The translations under genes and the position numbers were made by a program. From Bacillota bacterium (lineage in GTDB: Bacteria > Bacillota > JAAYKD01): DNA of 64,000 bases. The notes under the pieces are model-generated. The model ran no database searches, had not been told where the DNA came from, and worked only from the letters and a program-made list of their open reading frames with translations. The stretch is taken from contig OY762825.2 of NCBI GenBank assembly GCA_963666425.2, positions 2,464,001 through 2,528,000 on the forward strand, read 5' to 3'. Positions 19,244-29,900 of the stretch are shown here, piece after piece (position 1 is the stretch's first letter; the number at the start of each line of letters is the position of its first letter).

Positions 19244-20095
19244 ATGAAAAAACTTTTCTTAAAACTGAGCGTTCTGGTCATGGTTCTAACGCTCGTCACC
19301 CTGCCGCTCGTCTCTGGAACGTATGCCAAGTATACGACTGCTGCAGATGGAACTGATACTGCCAGAGTAGCAAAATGGGGCGTGACGGTCACCGCTGATG
19401 TTCAGAATGTATTTGGTGATGCGTATCAAGCTGCCGCCGGTGGACATACTTCTGTTGATTATGCAACGGCTGATGTGACAGTTCAATCCGCGACTGACAA
19501 CACAGATGTTCTAGCTCCAGGCACGGAAGGTTCCTTCACTTTCGGTGTTGCAGGTACTCCTGAAGTATCCGTTGGTCTCGTCTATGATGCTACGGTAACT
19601 CTTACTGGTTGGACAGTTATTGCAGCTAATGATTATCAACCAATTAACTTTACTCTCTTTGATGGAACGCATTTTGCTACCACGGCGGGTGCATTTACAT
19701 CAGACACTGCGGTTTCTTTGACCGGTGCTCAACTCGATACAATAATTGATGGCCTTGACAGTACGAATGATCCCTTGACAGCGCTTACAAAAACCTATAC
19801 AGTTGCATGGGAATGGCCTTTCGAAAAAGCAGGTAATTTTAGTACATTATCGGTGGGAACTGATGTATCGACACATTTTGTTGCCAATGGATCCGGATAT
19901 CAAGCAGCGACAGGAAAATACGTTCCTGGAACAACCTATTACACTAGTCTTGCCGGAACAACACAGGTTGATACCAGTCATTTCCTTCCCGCTGGAAATA
20001 TTAGTTATGATTTTGCCGATACAATTCTCGGTAATCTAGCTACAGCACCGACACTTTTGATTACCGTTTCTATCACCGCAACGCAAATCGACTAA
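19244..20095 (+). CDS. SipW-dependent TasA/CalY-like secreted protein (putative major fibre subunit)
   Basis: RBS AAGGAG; SipW-class signal ending 'SGTYA-KYTT', then 'DTARVAKW', 'LAPGTEG', 'YTVAWEWPFE', C-terminal 'ITATQID'. Confidence 0.8.
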   Translation: MKKLFLKLSVLVMVLTLVTLPLVSGTYAKYTTAADGTDTARVAKWGVTVTADVQNVFGDAYQAAAGGHTSVDYATADVTVQSATDNTDVLAPGTEGSFTFGVAGTPEVSVGLVYDATVTLTGWTVIAANDYQPINFTLFDGTHFATTAGAFTSDTAVSLTGAQLDTIIDGLDSTNDPLTALTKTYTVAWEWPFEKAGNFSTLSVGTDVSTHFVANGSGYQAATGKYVPGTTYYTSLAGTTQVDTSHFLPAGNISYDFADTILGNLATAPTLLITVSITATQID

Positions 20096-20164
20096 TTTTC
20101 TTCCCATAAACCAATAGCTCAGTAGTGCCGAAAGCATTCGTGCGAGGCATCAAAAAACTGGCAT

Positions 20165-20216
20165 AAAGACCCCGGCAAAGGTGAATAAGACCAGCTTTGC
20201 CGGGGGTTTTTCTTTC
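20165..20216 (+). terminator. Intra-operon stem-loop/terminator after major subunit gene
   Basis: aaagaccccggcaaag...ctttgccgggggtttt stem plus T-rich tail. Confidence 0.7.
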
Positions 20217-20254
20217 TTGCGGCCAAAATCCATACTGCGGAGGAGGTGATCTGC

Positions 20255-21694
20255 TTGGCTCAGTCGAATCATGAAACGACAGTAAAAATGACGGAAACTC
20301 AGGAAAAGCAGACCACACTCCGGCGTTTATGGTGGCTGCTGCTTTTGTTGTTGCTGCTGCTCTCTCTATCCTTCAGCTATATCGGCTACTTGATTGGCAA
20401 ACAGGCAAACCTGGATGATTTCACCGGGCGGATCGTTGATACGATTGAGCTTGACTTGGGTGAAATCGGACAGAACGATGAAACAAAACCGGTCACCTTA
20501 TATCAATTTGATATTTCTGGCACTGTGATGTATACCGATGGCACGCCATATCGCAACGGTATCATCGAACTGCGAAGCGATGTCCGCTATACAATTACCG
20601 ATGCGAATGGTAACTTTGAATTTCTGCGTGTCACAGAGGGACAGCATACGATCAGCGTCATCGAGGGAACGCGGCGGCTGGCCTCCAGTACGGTTTCCTT
20701 TACCGGCGTCAGTTCTTTAAAAGTCAAGCAAACCATCCAACTGGGCAATGGTCATTATCTGATCAAGATTCCTTTGGAGGTCACTGTCATTAACCTGGTT
20801 CTGGAATTAAAAGACGAATCAAATCAGGAAACGATCGTTTTGGATCCGGATACGGCGATGCCCAGTCAACCGGGCCAGCCGGATCTCTCCGTTGATCCGA
20901 TCCTGCCGGGTGATCTCAGCCCGCAGGACGGCGGCAGCAGTAACCCAACAAACCCAACCGACCCGACTAATCCGAACAATCCGAACAATCCGACGAATCC
21001 AACCAATCCAACCAATCCAACCAATCCAACCGATCCGACGAACCCTACAAACCCGACCAATCCAACCGACCCAAACTCGCCGGATGTTCCGCTGACGCCA
21101 ACAGAACCAAGCACTCCGGACCCGGTGATTCCGGTTGATCCAACCAACCCGACCAACCCGACTACCCCTGAACTGCCAAACGATCCCGGGCTGCCGGCTG
21201 CACAAACCCCTGACAGAGCGCCCAATATGATTGTCACGGATACGATTGCTCCTGCCCAAATCTGGCAGCAGGCCACCGCCGTTGATATTTTTGCGCCGCG
21301 TGACGGAAATACCGGCGTCAGCAAAATTGGCGGGCAAACCGTGATTGCGCCCGGCGCTACCGGCAGATATATCTTTAAAATCAAAAACCCAGAGAGTTTT
21401 GCCGTTGTTTTCCAGATCAATCTTCTGGAAGAAGATCAGAATTTTCCCAAACTGCCCATGCGCTACCGCTTGTCGCAAGGTGTGATCCGCAATAGTTCGA
21501 TTGAATATTACGACTGGCGATCGGCGCAGGATGTCACCCTGCGCAATGTGACGCTGGATGCGAAAAGTGAGACTTTTTACACGTTAGAATGGCAATGGCA
21601 GGATACCTCCGACAGCATCGACACCGCAATCGGGATGCAGCAGGGTAATCCTCTCTATATTCTGGACATTTTAATTGGAGGTTCCTTTCAATGA
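20255..21694 (+). CDS. Membrane-anchored protein: TM, carboxypeptidase-regulatory-like domain, Pro/Thr/Asn stalk, C-terminal subunit-like domain
   Basis: Likely TTG start after AGGAGG; 'WWLLLLLLLLL' TM; 'TITDANGNFEFLRVTEGQHTI'; NPT repeats; 'IAPGATGRYIFKIKN...YTLEWQW'. Confidence 0.7.
   Translation: MAQSNHETTVKMTETQEKQTTLRRLWWLLLLLLLLLSLSFSYIGYLIGKQANLDDFTGRIVDTIELDLGEIGQNDETKPVTLYQFDISGTVMYTDGTPYRNGIIELRSDVRYTITDANGNFEFLRVTEGQHTISVIEGTRRLASSTVSFTGVSSLKVKQTIQLGNGHYLIKIPLEVTVINLVLELKDESNQETIVLDPDTAMPSQPGQPDLSVDPILPGDLSPQDGGSSNPTNPTDPTNPNNPNNPTNPTNPTNPTNPTDPTNPTNPTNPTDPNSPDVPLTPTEPSTPDPVIPVDPTNPTNPTTPELPNDPGLPAAQTPDRAPNMIVTDTIAPAQIWQQATAVDIFAPRDGNTGVSKIGGQTVIAPGATGRYIFKIKNPESFAVVFQINLLEEDQNFPKLPMRYRLSQGVIRNSSIEYYDWRSAQDVTLRNVTLDAKSETFYTLEWQWQDTSDSIDTAIGMQQGNPLYILDILIGGSFQ
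20942..21076 (+). repeat. Coding 9-bp tandem repeat, 15 x (N/D)P(T/N)
   Basis: NPT NPT DPT NPN NPN NPT... read directly from DNA and protein. Confidence 0.9.
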
Positions 21695-22227
21695 AAACAA
21701 GAGCAGCGATGAAATTACCGGGCTTTAGAACTTTTTTACGCAATCTGTTCCTTGTTTTCTTGAGTTTGATTGTTCTGTTCAACCTTTACATAATCACCGC
21801 ACAGCTTTTCCTGAAAAACGAGCTGCCGAAGGTTTTCGGTTATGCCCAGGTCATCGTGATTTCCGGCAGTATGCAGCCGGAAATTCAGGTTGGTGATCTC
21901 TTAATCATTCATCAGCAGGCAGAGTATGCCGTGAACGATGTGATCACGTATCATTCCGGTGCGAGCTTTGTGACACACCGCCTTGTTTCTATGCAGGGAA
22001 ATCAATTGGTGACGCAGGGCGATGCCAATAATGTGGCGGATCCGGCCATTGCTTTGTCGCAAGTGGAAGGGAAAGTCGTACTGCGTTTGTCAGCTTTGGG
22101 TAAATTGATCTATTTTCTCAAAACGAAACAGGGTATTTATCTGACAGTGCTGCTTGCCATCCTCTTGTTTGCGGTGCCATATGCGGCGGACGCCATCCGA
22201 CAGTTCAAAAATAAACCAAAGCAGTGA
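21691..22227 (+). CDS. sipW: Signal peptidase I, SipW (S26B) type
   Basis: 'VISGSMQP' (catalytic Ser), 'GDL', 'VTHR' (His), 'TQGDANNVAD'; TM segments at both ends. Confidence 0.92.
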   Translation: MKTRAAMKLPGFRTFLRNLFLVFLSLIVLFNLYIITAQLFLKNELPKVFGYAQVIVISGSMQPEIQVGDLLIIHQQAEYAVNDVITYHSGASFVTHRLVSMQGNQLVTQGDANNVADPAIALSQVEGKVVLRLSALGKLIYFLKTKQGIYLTVLLAILLFAVPYAADAIRQFKNKPKQ

Positions 22228-22766
22228 TGAAAATGAAAAAAGGCTATATTGTCTATCTCGTTTATTTGCTGATGGTGACCGTTGTGGTTGCCGCCGTTTC
22301 TCTTTCTAAATTTAGTACTACCGGAGAGGGAACAGACACGGTTGCGATCGCGAAACCAATCCTCAACTATCTGCCGCAGAGCGCTGAACGCAACGGGACT
22401 GAGCTTTTGGATATTGATAGCGGATTGAATGTCAGCGACCTGCTGCCCGGCGATATCTTAGTTTATCATTTTGACATCGTTAATTTTGAAAACGGCAACC
22501 TGAATCAGGTTTTATTAAAATATAAAGTCACCGTTGAATTTAGTCCGGTTTTGCCGAACTTACCCCTTACCTACACATTGGAGCCTGCCGTAGCTTATGA
22601 TTCCGCCGGCGATGGTTATGTCTATTTGGGATTTGGCGAGCAGATTGCCCATAGCTATACACTGACCATTACCTGGGATGAAACCTATGCCGGTTCCACT
22701 TATCTTGACAAACAGCAGACACTGCAGGTGAAGATTGAGGCAGTGCAGGTGGACAGTTTGACCTAA
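22224..22766 (+). CDS. Small SipW-dependent secreted protein (putative minor fibre subunit)
   Basis: Signal ending 'VSLS-KFSTT', 'DTVAIAKP', 'LLPGD', 'YTLTITWDE', C-terminal 'IEAVQVD', similar to 19244..20095. Confidence 0.72.
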   Translation: MMKMKKGYIVYLVYLLMVTVVVAAVSLSKFSTTGEGTDTVAIAKPILNYLPQSAERNGTELLDIDSGLNVSDLLPGDILVYHFDIVNFENGNLNQVLLKYKVTVEFSPVLPNLPLTYTLEPAVAYDSAGDGYVYLGFGEQIAHSYTLTITWDETYAGSTYLDKQQTLQVKIEAVQVDSLT

Positions 22767-22831
22767 GAACATAGCAAAGCATTTTTCGAGAGATTGGAGC
22801 TTTCGCGCTGCAGAAAGGGGGGATTCGTGAA

Positions 22832-23941
22832 ATGAATGAATCGATGGATGAGAATTATCCATGGGATAAAGCGACGGGGCAGGGGATCGATACCAGCTAT
22901 TACAACAATCGCGATCCCAGGACGGGTTTATATCGCCATAATTACTTAAGACAGGAAATGAAGAGACTGGATTATGAGAATCAGCTGCCTTTTTCCTTGA
23001 TTATTGGAGAAATCAACGGCCCGGGTTTTGACGCTGCTTCCTTGGGCTGCGATGAAGAAGACAAGCTGATGATTCGTTCGGTGGAAATATTGAAAGACTG
23101 CTGCCGCAAAGCAGGCGTTTTGGCAGCCATCGTCGGCAAAAGTTTCAGCATTCTTTTACCAAAGACAAATGATCTGGAAGCGGACCGTATTTTAACGCAA
23201 ATCATTTTTCGTTTCAGCACTTTTCAAAGCAATATTGGCAACGGTACGGTCGTGATCAGCCTGTCCTGTGGCTGTGCTACCAAGAGCAAACCGGAAGAGA
23301 CGTTGGAAACGATCATTAAATCCGCGATTGAAAATATGAATCAGCATAAGCTGCTGCAAAATCGGGAGCAGTGTAATTCTTTAATCCATTTCATTGCCAC
23401 GGTCATGCATGAGAAAAGCAGAGAAACAGAAGAACACTCCCTGCGACTCATCAAGTATGCGCGCGCGATTGGGACTGAAATGCACTTATCCAATCACCAG
23501 ATGAATAAGCTGGAGCTGCTTTCCATTGTGCATGATATCGGGAAATTCATTATCAGTGATTCCGTTTTAACGAAACCGTTTGCCCTCTCGGCAGATGAAA
23601 ATAAGGTGATTCACGAGCATACCGAAATCGGTTATCGCATGGCACTCTCTTATGATGAGCTGAAGCCAATCGCTTATGATATTCTTTGTCATCACGAATT
23701 CTGGAACGGAAACGGCTATCCTCTCGGTTTGAAAGCGACAGAAATACCGTTGCTCGCCCGTATCGTATCGATTCTGGATGCTTATGATGCCATGACAAAT
23801 AACCGGTCGTATCGCAAGGCGATGAACAAGCAGGCTGCGATTGCAGAAATCAAGAAATTTTCCGGCAGCCAGTTTGATCCGGTCATTGCAGATTTATTTG
23901 TTGAACGCATTGTGGAACGGGTAGACAAAGCAGAAGAATAA
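22832..23941 (+). CDS. HD-GYP c-di-GMP phosphodiesterase with degenerate GGDEF domain
   Basis: 'DPRTGLY', GGDEF position reads 'VGKSF'; 'HDIGK', 'HHEFWNGNGYP', 'DAYDAMT', 'GSQFDP'. Confidence 0.88.
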   Translation: MNESMDENYPWDKATGQGIDTSYYNNRDPRTGLYRHNYLRQEMKRLDYENQLPFSLIIGEINGPGFDAASLGCDEEDKLMIRSVEILKDCCRKAGVLAAIVGKSFSILLPKTNDLEADRILTQIIFRFSTFQSNIGNGTVVISLSCGCATKSKPEETLETIIKSAIENMNQHKLLQNREQCNSLIHFIATVMHEKSRETEEHSLRLIKYARAIGTEMHLSNHQMNKLELLSIVHDIGKFIISDSVLTKPFALSADENKVIHEHTEIGYRMALSYDELKPIAYDILCHHEFWNGNGYPLGLKATEIPLLARIVSILDAYDAMTNNRSYRKAMNKQAAIAEIKKFSGSQFDPVIADLFVERIVERVDKAEE

Positions 23942-23996
23942 CCAAAAGTTTAGTCTCAGCGACAGACGATCCGATCGCCGGAAAGGAGATGAGAAA

Positions 23997-26900
23997 TTGA
24001 CAAAACCAAAGTGGGTGAGAACGATGTCAGCGCAGAAGCTGATCTTGCTTCTCTGCGCTCTGATTTTATCGATATTTTTCATTTCACCGGCGGCAGCTCG
24101 GCTGTCGCTTTCTAAATATGTACTGGAAACGAAAACCTATACGATTTCGGTTGCTTCAGCAGAGCAATTTCCAATCACGGCAATGGCTGCGCTGCAAGGT
24201 ACAGCGCAAGTTGGGCAACTATTAACGGCCGGTGCGCTGACTCCCGCCGATGCGATGGCTACCGCCACCTATCAGTGGTTCAGCTGTGCTACTGTTGACG
24301 GCATCTACACTGAAATCATCGACGCCACGGCTGCCTCCTACACGCTGACCGCTGCCGAATATGGCAAATTTATCCATGTGGTTGTTACAGGCAGCGGTGG
24401 TTATAGCGGTCAGTTGACCAGCACTGCTGTTGGTCCGGTCAGCGCGGCTCCCATCACGATTGCCGCTCTTCTGGAGATCACAGTACCGGTCAAAGGGGAG
24501 CTTCCGGATCAAACAGTCGCTGCCAATGCGGAATATACCGCCGCCATCACCTGGTCACCGGTGGATTCCCCTTTCAAAGCATATACCATCTATACCGCTG
24601 CCATCACCATTACACCCAATACCGGCTATACCCTGACTGGGGTGGCTGAGGATTTCTTTACAGTAGCCGGCGCTGTGGCGAGTAACGCGGCAAATTCCGG
24701 CGCAGTGACGGCTGTTTTCCCAAGAACAGCGCCTGCCGTGATTAATCTGGCCGCGATTGCAGGCGTGACACCGCCGATGATCGGTGCGACACCGGTCGGA
24801 AGCATTACCGAAACCGATCAATATACAGCAAGTCTAACCTGGTCTCCCGCGCACAGCCAATTTTCTGCCGATACGATTTATACCGCAAGCATCACGCTGA
24901 CGGCGAAAACGGGTTATACCTTGACCGGCGTAGCGCAAAACTTCTTTACTGTGGCAGGTGCCGTAGCAACCAATGCCGCCGACAGCGGCGTGGTAACAGC
25001 CGTCTTCCCCAAAACAGCCTTGGTACCGATTTCCTTCTCTGCCATCGCCGGTATCACCGCTCCGGTCAAAGGCGCGCTGCCAACAACAAGTGTTATGGCA
25101 ACCGAACAATATACCGCAACAATTTCCTGGTCACCGGCGGATTCTCCCTTTAAAGCGAATACCGTCTATACGGCAACGATTTCGCTCACTCCGAAGACAG
25201 GCTATACTTTAGCCGGTGTTGCAGAAAATTTCTTCACGGTAGCCGGAGCGACCGCTGCCAACACAGCGAATTCTGGTTTGATCACAGCGGTATTCCCGGC
25301 AACCGCCAAAGAAAGCCTGACTGCTATTGGTCTCAGCGGAACAGCAACAATCGGTCAGCAGCTGACCGCTGTTGACCTTCTCCCCTCAGGTGCCACGGCA
25401 ACCTATCAATGGCAGCGCTCTGAAACGATCGATGGTACGTATGTTGATATTGCCGGAGCAACGAACACTGCCTATACCCTGGTGCTCGCCGATAAAGACA
25501 ATTATCTCAGAGTCGCTGCCAGCGGCAGCGGTAATTACAGCGCAACGGTTTATAGCAGTCCCAGCGCCAAAGTAAGCGGCATTGCTTTAATTAGTATCAA
25601 TGCAATTACCGGTACGACTCGTCAATATGAAACGTTAACAGCAGGATCCTTCTCGCCGACGGAAGCGACCGTCAGTTATCAATGGCTGCGCTCAGACAGC
25701 GCAAGCGGTGAATACAGCGAGATCGCAGGTGCGACTTCTTCAACCTATACGTTGGTGTTTGATGATAATAACCACTATATCAAAGTGAGAATCAGCGGCA
25801 CAGGCAGTTATAGCGGCAGTGTGGAAAGCGTCAGTTCCGGACCGGTTGTCTTTGCGGCGACGGCCATCACCGCTATGGCTGCAATCAATGGCACGCCTTA
25901 TATTGGTCAAACCTTGACCGCCGGCGCCTTGACCCCAGCGGAAGCGACAGCATCCTATCAGTGGCAGCAAAGCACTGCTCTCAATGGGACCTATACCAAC
26001 ATCAGCGGAGCAACCAATAGCAGCTATTACTTAACCGCGGCTGCCTTGAATCAATTTTACCGCGTGGTGGCGACCGGCTCGGGAACCTTCTCCGGCACAG
26101 TCAGCGCCAGCATCGGTCCGATTAAAACGGCGGCGCAGCAGATTACCGCCATCGGTGCGATCAGTGGTTCCACGGTATCAGGGCAGATTTTGACGGCCGG
26201 CACCCTGACTCCGGCCGAGGCGACGGTTACCTATCAATGGCAAAGATCCGATCTCAGCGGCAGCATCTATACGGATCTTGCCGGTGCCACTTCCGCCAGC
26301 TATACCTTGAGTGATGCCGATCTAAACTGCTATTTAAAAGTCGTGGCAACCGGTTATGGTACTTATACCGGCACAGTTATCAGTGCTCGCAGCGGTCCGG
26401 TAGCGACCAGCACACAGAATATCACGTCCATTGGTGCGATTACAGGAACCGCTCAAGTTGGTTCGACGCTGACCGCCGGTGCTGTGGCACCGACGAATGC
26501 GACGGTGACTTACCAATGGCAGACAGCGGATAACCTAAGCGGGCCCTATACAGATCTCAGCAATGCCACGTCTTCAACTTATACGGTAACCGCCGCAAAT
26601 TTTGGCAAGTTTCTCCGTGTAAAAGTGACCGGCTCCGGCGCATATGCCGCAACAGTTAATAGCGACGCGGTGGGTTCAGTCACCGCTTGTCCGTTAATCT
26701 CGATCACCAATATCAGCGGTACCGCGGTGACTACCTATACGGTGACTGCCGGAACTGTCGCCCCTGCCGGTGCCACGGTGAGTTATCAGTGGCGCAGATA
26801 TACCAGCAGCGATCCTGCAGCAAGCTATACCGTGATCGGCAGCAATGCCGCCGGTTACCTGCTGACTGCCGCGGATGAGAACACTTACCTGCGCGTAGCG

Positions 26901-29900
26901 GCGATTGGAACGGCCGCTTATACCGGAACAGTGCTCAGCAATTATATTGTGCCGAAAGCCAATACCGGCGGAATCACCGCTATCACTGCCATTGCAGACA
27001 GCATTGGTTTGACGGAAGTATTTCAGTCGCTGACAGCAGGTACAGTCACTCCTTACGGTGCTACCGTCACCTATCAATGGTATCGCTGCGATACGGCAAG
27101 CGGTACTTACGCTGTGGTGAATGGTGCAACTTCGAAAAACTATAATATCTTAGGAATTGATAAAGGCTATTTTTTCAAAGTGGAAGCAACTGGCTCCGGT
27201 TCTTACAGCGGTACGGTTTGGAGCCGTTATGCCGGTCCCATCACTGCAGCCCCTCTCAGCGCGATCGGTTCGATCAGCGGTACGGCGACGATCGGGCAGG
27301 TGATTACCGCCGGCAGTCTGACACCATCCGCCGCAACAGTCAATTACCAGTGGCAGAGATCCGATCTGAACGGTGAGAATTACAGCGACATTACAGGCGC
27401 AACCTCCAATACCTACACCCTGACTGCCGGCGATGAAAACCGATATCTCAAAGTTACCGTGACCGGCTTCGGTTATTACAGTGGAACTCTGACCAGTCTG
27501 CGCACCGGTCCGGTATTAACCAATGCAACGCCAATTACAGCGCTCAGCGCCATCGACGGGATTGCCCGCGTCGGCCAGATTTTAAACGCAGGTACAACCA
27601 CACCCTTGGGAGCGACCGTTACCTATCAGTGGCAGCGCTGCTCGGAAATCAATGGAGTTTACAGTAACATCAGCGGAGCGACAACGGCAACCTACACGCT
27701 CACACCAAGTGATCTCAATCAGTACATCAAATTGGTTGTTCACGGTGCCGGTATCTATGCTACGCCAGCCGAGGGTATCAGCAGCACAGCCTTTGGCCCT
27801 GTGGCGGTATGTCCGATCACCGCTGTTTCCAATATCATCGGCAAGGCGGAAGTAGATCAAATTCTAACTGCCGGTACAGTAACACCTTACGGAGCGACTG
27901 TCAGTTACCAATGGCAGCGTTATATCAACGGCAGTTATGCAGCCATCAGCGGTGCAACCGCCAGCACCTATACGTTGGTCACAGCGGATAACACTTATTA
28001 TATTCGGGTAGCGGTCAGCGGGATTTCCGGTTATTCCGGTACGGTGTACAGTAACAACACAGGACCGGTCGGGAGCCCCAATGCCATCAGCTCGATCAGC
28101 GCCATTACCGGCGTAACCAAAGTCAGTCAGGTGCTGACAGCCGGTACCGTGCTGCCGTATGGTGCTTCCGTCTCCTATCAGTGGCAAAATTCCAGTGAAG
28201 CCGACGGTACTTACGCTAATATCAGCGGAGCGACGAGCAGCAACTATACGCTAACCACTGCCGATTATGGTAAATACTTGAAAGTGATTGCCGAAGGTAC
28301 TGGCGTCTATTTTGGCGAAGTCATCAGTACACCGACCGATCTGATCAGCAAGGGCTCGATCACAGCAATCTCCAACATTAGCGGTTCGACGATCTCCGGT
28401 CAAACGCTGACTGCCGGTGTAGTGACTCCTCTCGGAGCGACTGTCACCTATCAATGGCAGCGAAGTGATACCTCCGGCAGCAATTACACCAATATCACGG
28501 ATGCCACAGCCAACACCTACTTATTAACAAATGCGGATGTAGCATGTTATCTGCGGGTTCTAGTTACCGGCAGTCAATCGTATGAGAGTTCTGTCACCAG
28601 TTTACCGACGGCTGTAATTTCACCCAGCGGCACGGCTACCACGGCGCTGATCAGCATCGCAGCGACCGGCGGCACGGCGGGCGTAGGGCAAACCTTAACG
28701 GCAGGAGCCGTTTCACCAAGCAATGCAACAGTGACTTATCAGTGGCAGCGCTCCGCCGGAGCGTCCGACAGCGCGTATGCTAATATCAGTGGAGCAACAA
28801 CAAGCAGTTACGTACTGACAGCAGCCGATTTCGGCAAGTATGTCAGGCCGGTAGCGACCGGCAGCGGTACTTTCAGCGGTTCGGTCAATCCCAGCGGTAC
28901 GTCAATTACCCTGAAGCAACTGGTCACAGCCGGCAATATCACCGGTACACCGGCGGTTGGTGAGACAGTGGTTGCGGGTGTCTTGACGCCTGCTGATGCC
29001 ACGGTCACCTATCAGTGGCTACGCGCCAGTAAAAACGGTACAACCTATAGCAATATTGCCGGAGCCACCGGCAGAAGCTATACGATTGTCGATGCGGATG
29101 ATGACGGTTATCTGAAAGTACTAATTGTTGGCACCGGAGCTTATGAGACAAATCCGACGGCCGGTTTACTCAGCGCCGCTTACGGCCGCATCGAACCTTA
29201 CCCCTTTAAGATCACCGCAATCAGTGCCATCACCGGAATTTCGCAGGTCGGTCAGCTCCTGCATGCCGGTGCCACCACACCTTACGGCGCGGCGGTTACC
29301 TATCAATGGCTGCGCAAAGTTGCCGGAGCGGAAACCTATGCTGAAATTATTGGAGCAACCGCCAGCAGCTATACAACAACGAGCAGTGACTATCATGCTT
29401 ATATTAAGGTGATTGCTACCGGTGCCGGTTCTTTCTCCGGTTGGGTAGAAAGCGCGCCGACTGCTTTGATTGCAGCAGCACCGCTGACTGCCATCGGCGG
29501 CATCAGCGGTACCGTAGCTACGGGACAGATCATTACTGCCGGTCTGCTTACACCGGTAGAAGCAACTGCTACCTATCAATGGCAACGCTCCGATACCTCC
29601 GGTGCAAATTTCAGCAATATCGCCGATGCAACCGGAAGCACCTATCTTTTGGGAGCATCCGATTTGAATTGTTCTTTGAAAGTAATTGCAACCGGCACGG
29701 GCAGCTATACCGGGACAGTGACGAGTTCTGCGGCTGGACCGGTCAGTGCAACCTTTCAATCGATCACCTCGATTGGACCGATTACAGGGACAGCGACTGT
29801 TAACCAAACCCTGACAGCGGGAGCCATTGTACCGACCAATGCCAGCGTAACCTACCAGTGGAAGCGGGCGGATTCAAGCGGAGGAAGCTACACTGCCATC

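Noticed and set aside
20819-21478. Antisense Gly/Val/Trp-rich repeat ORFs
   Set aside because: Reverse-complement read-through of the NPT repeat of the plus-strand gene
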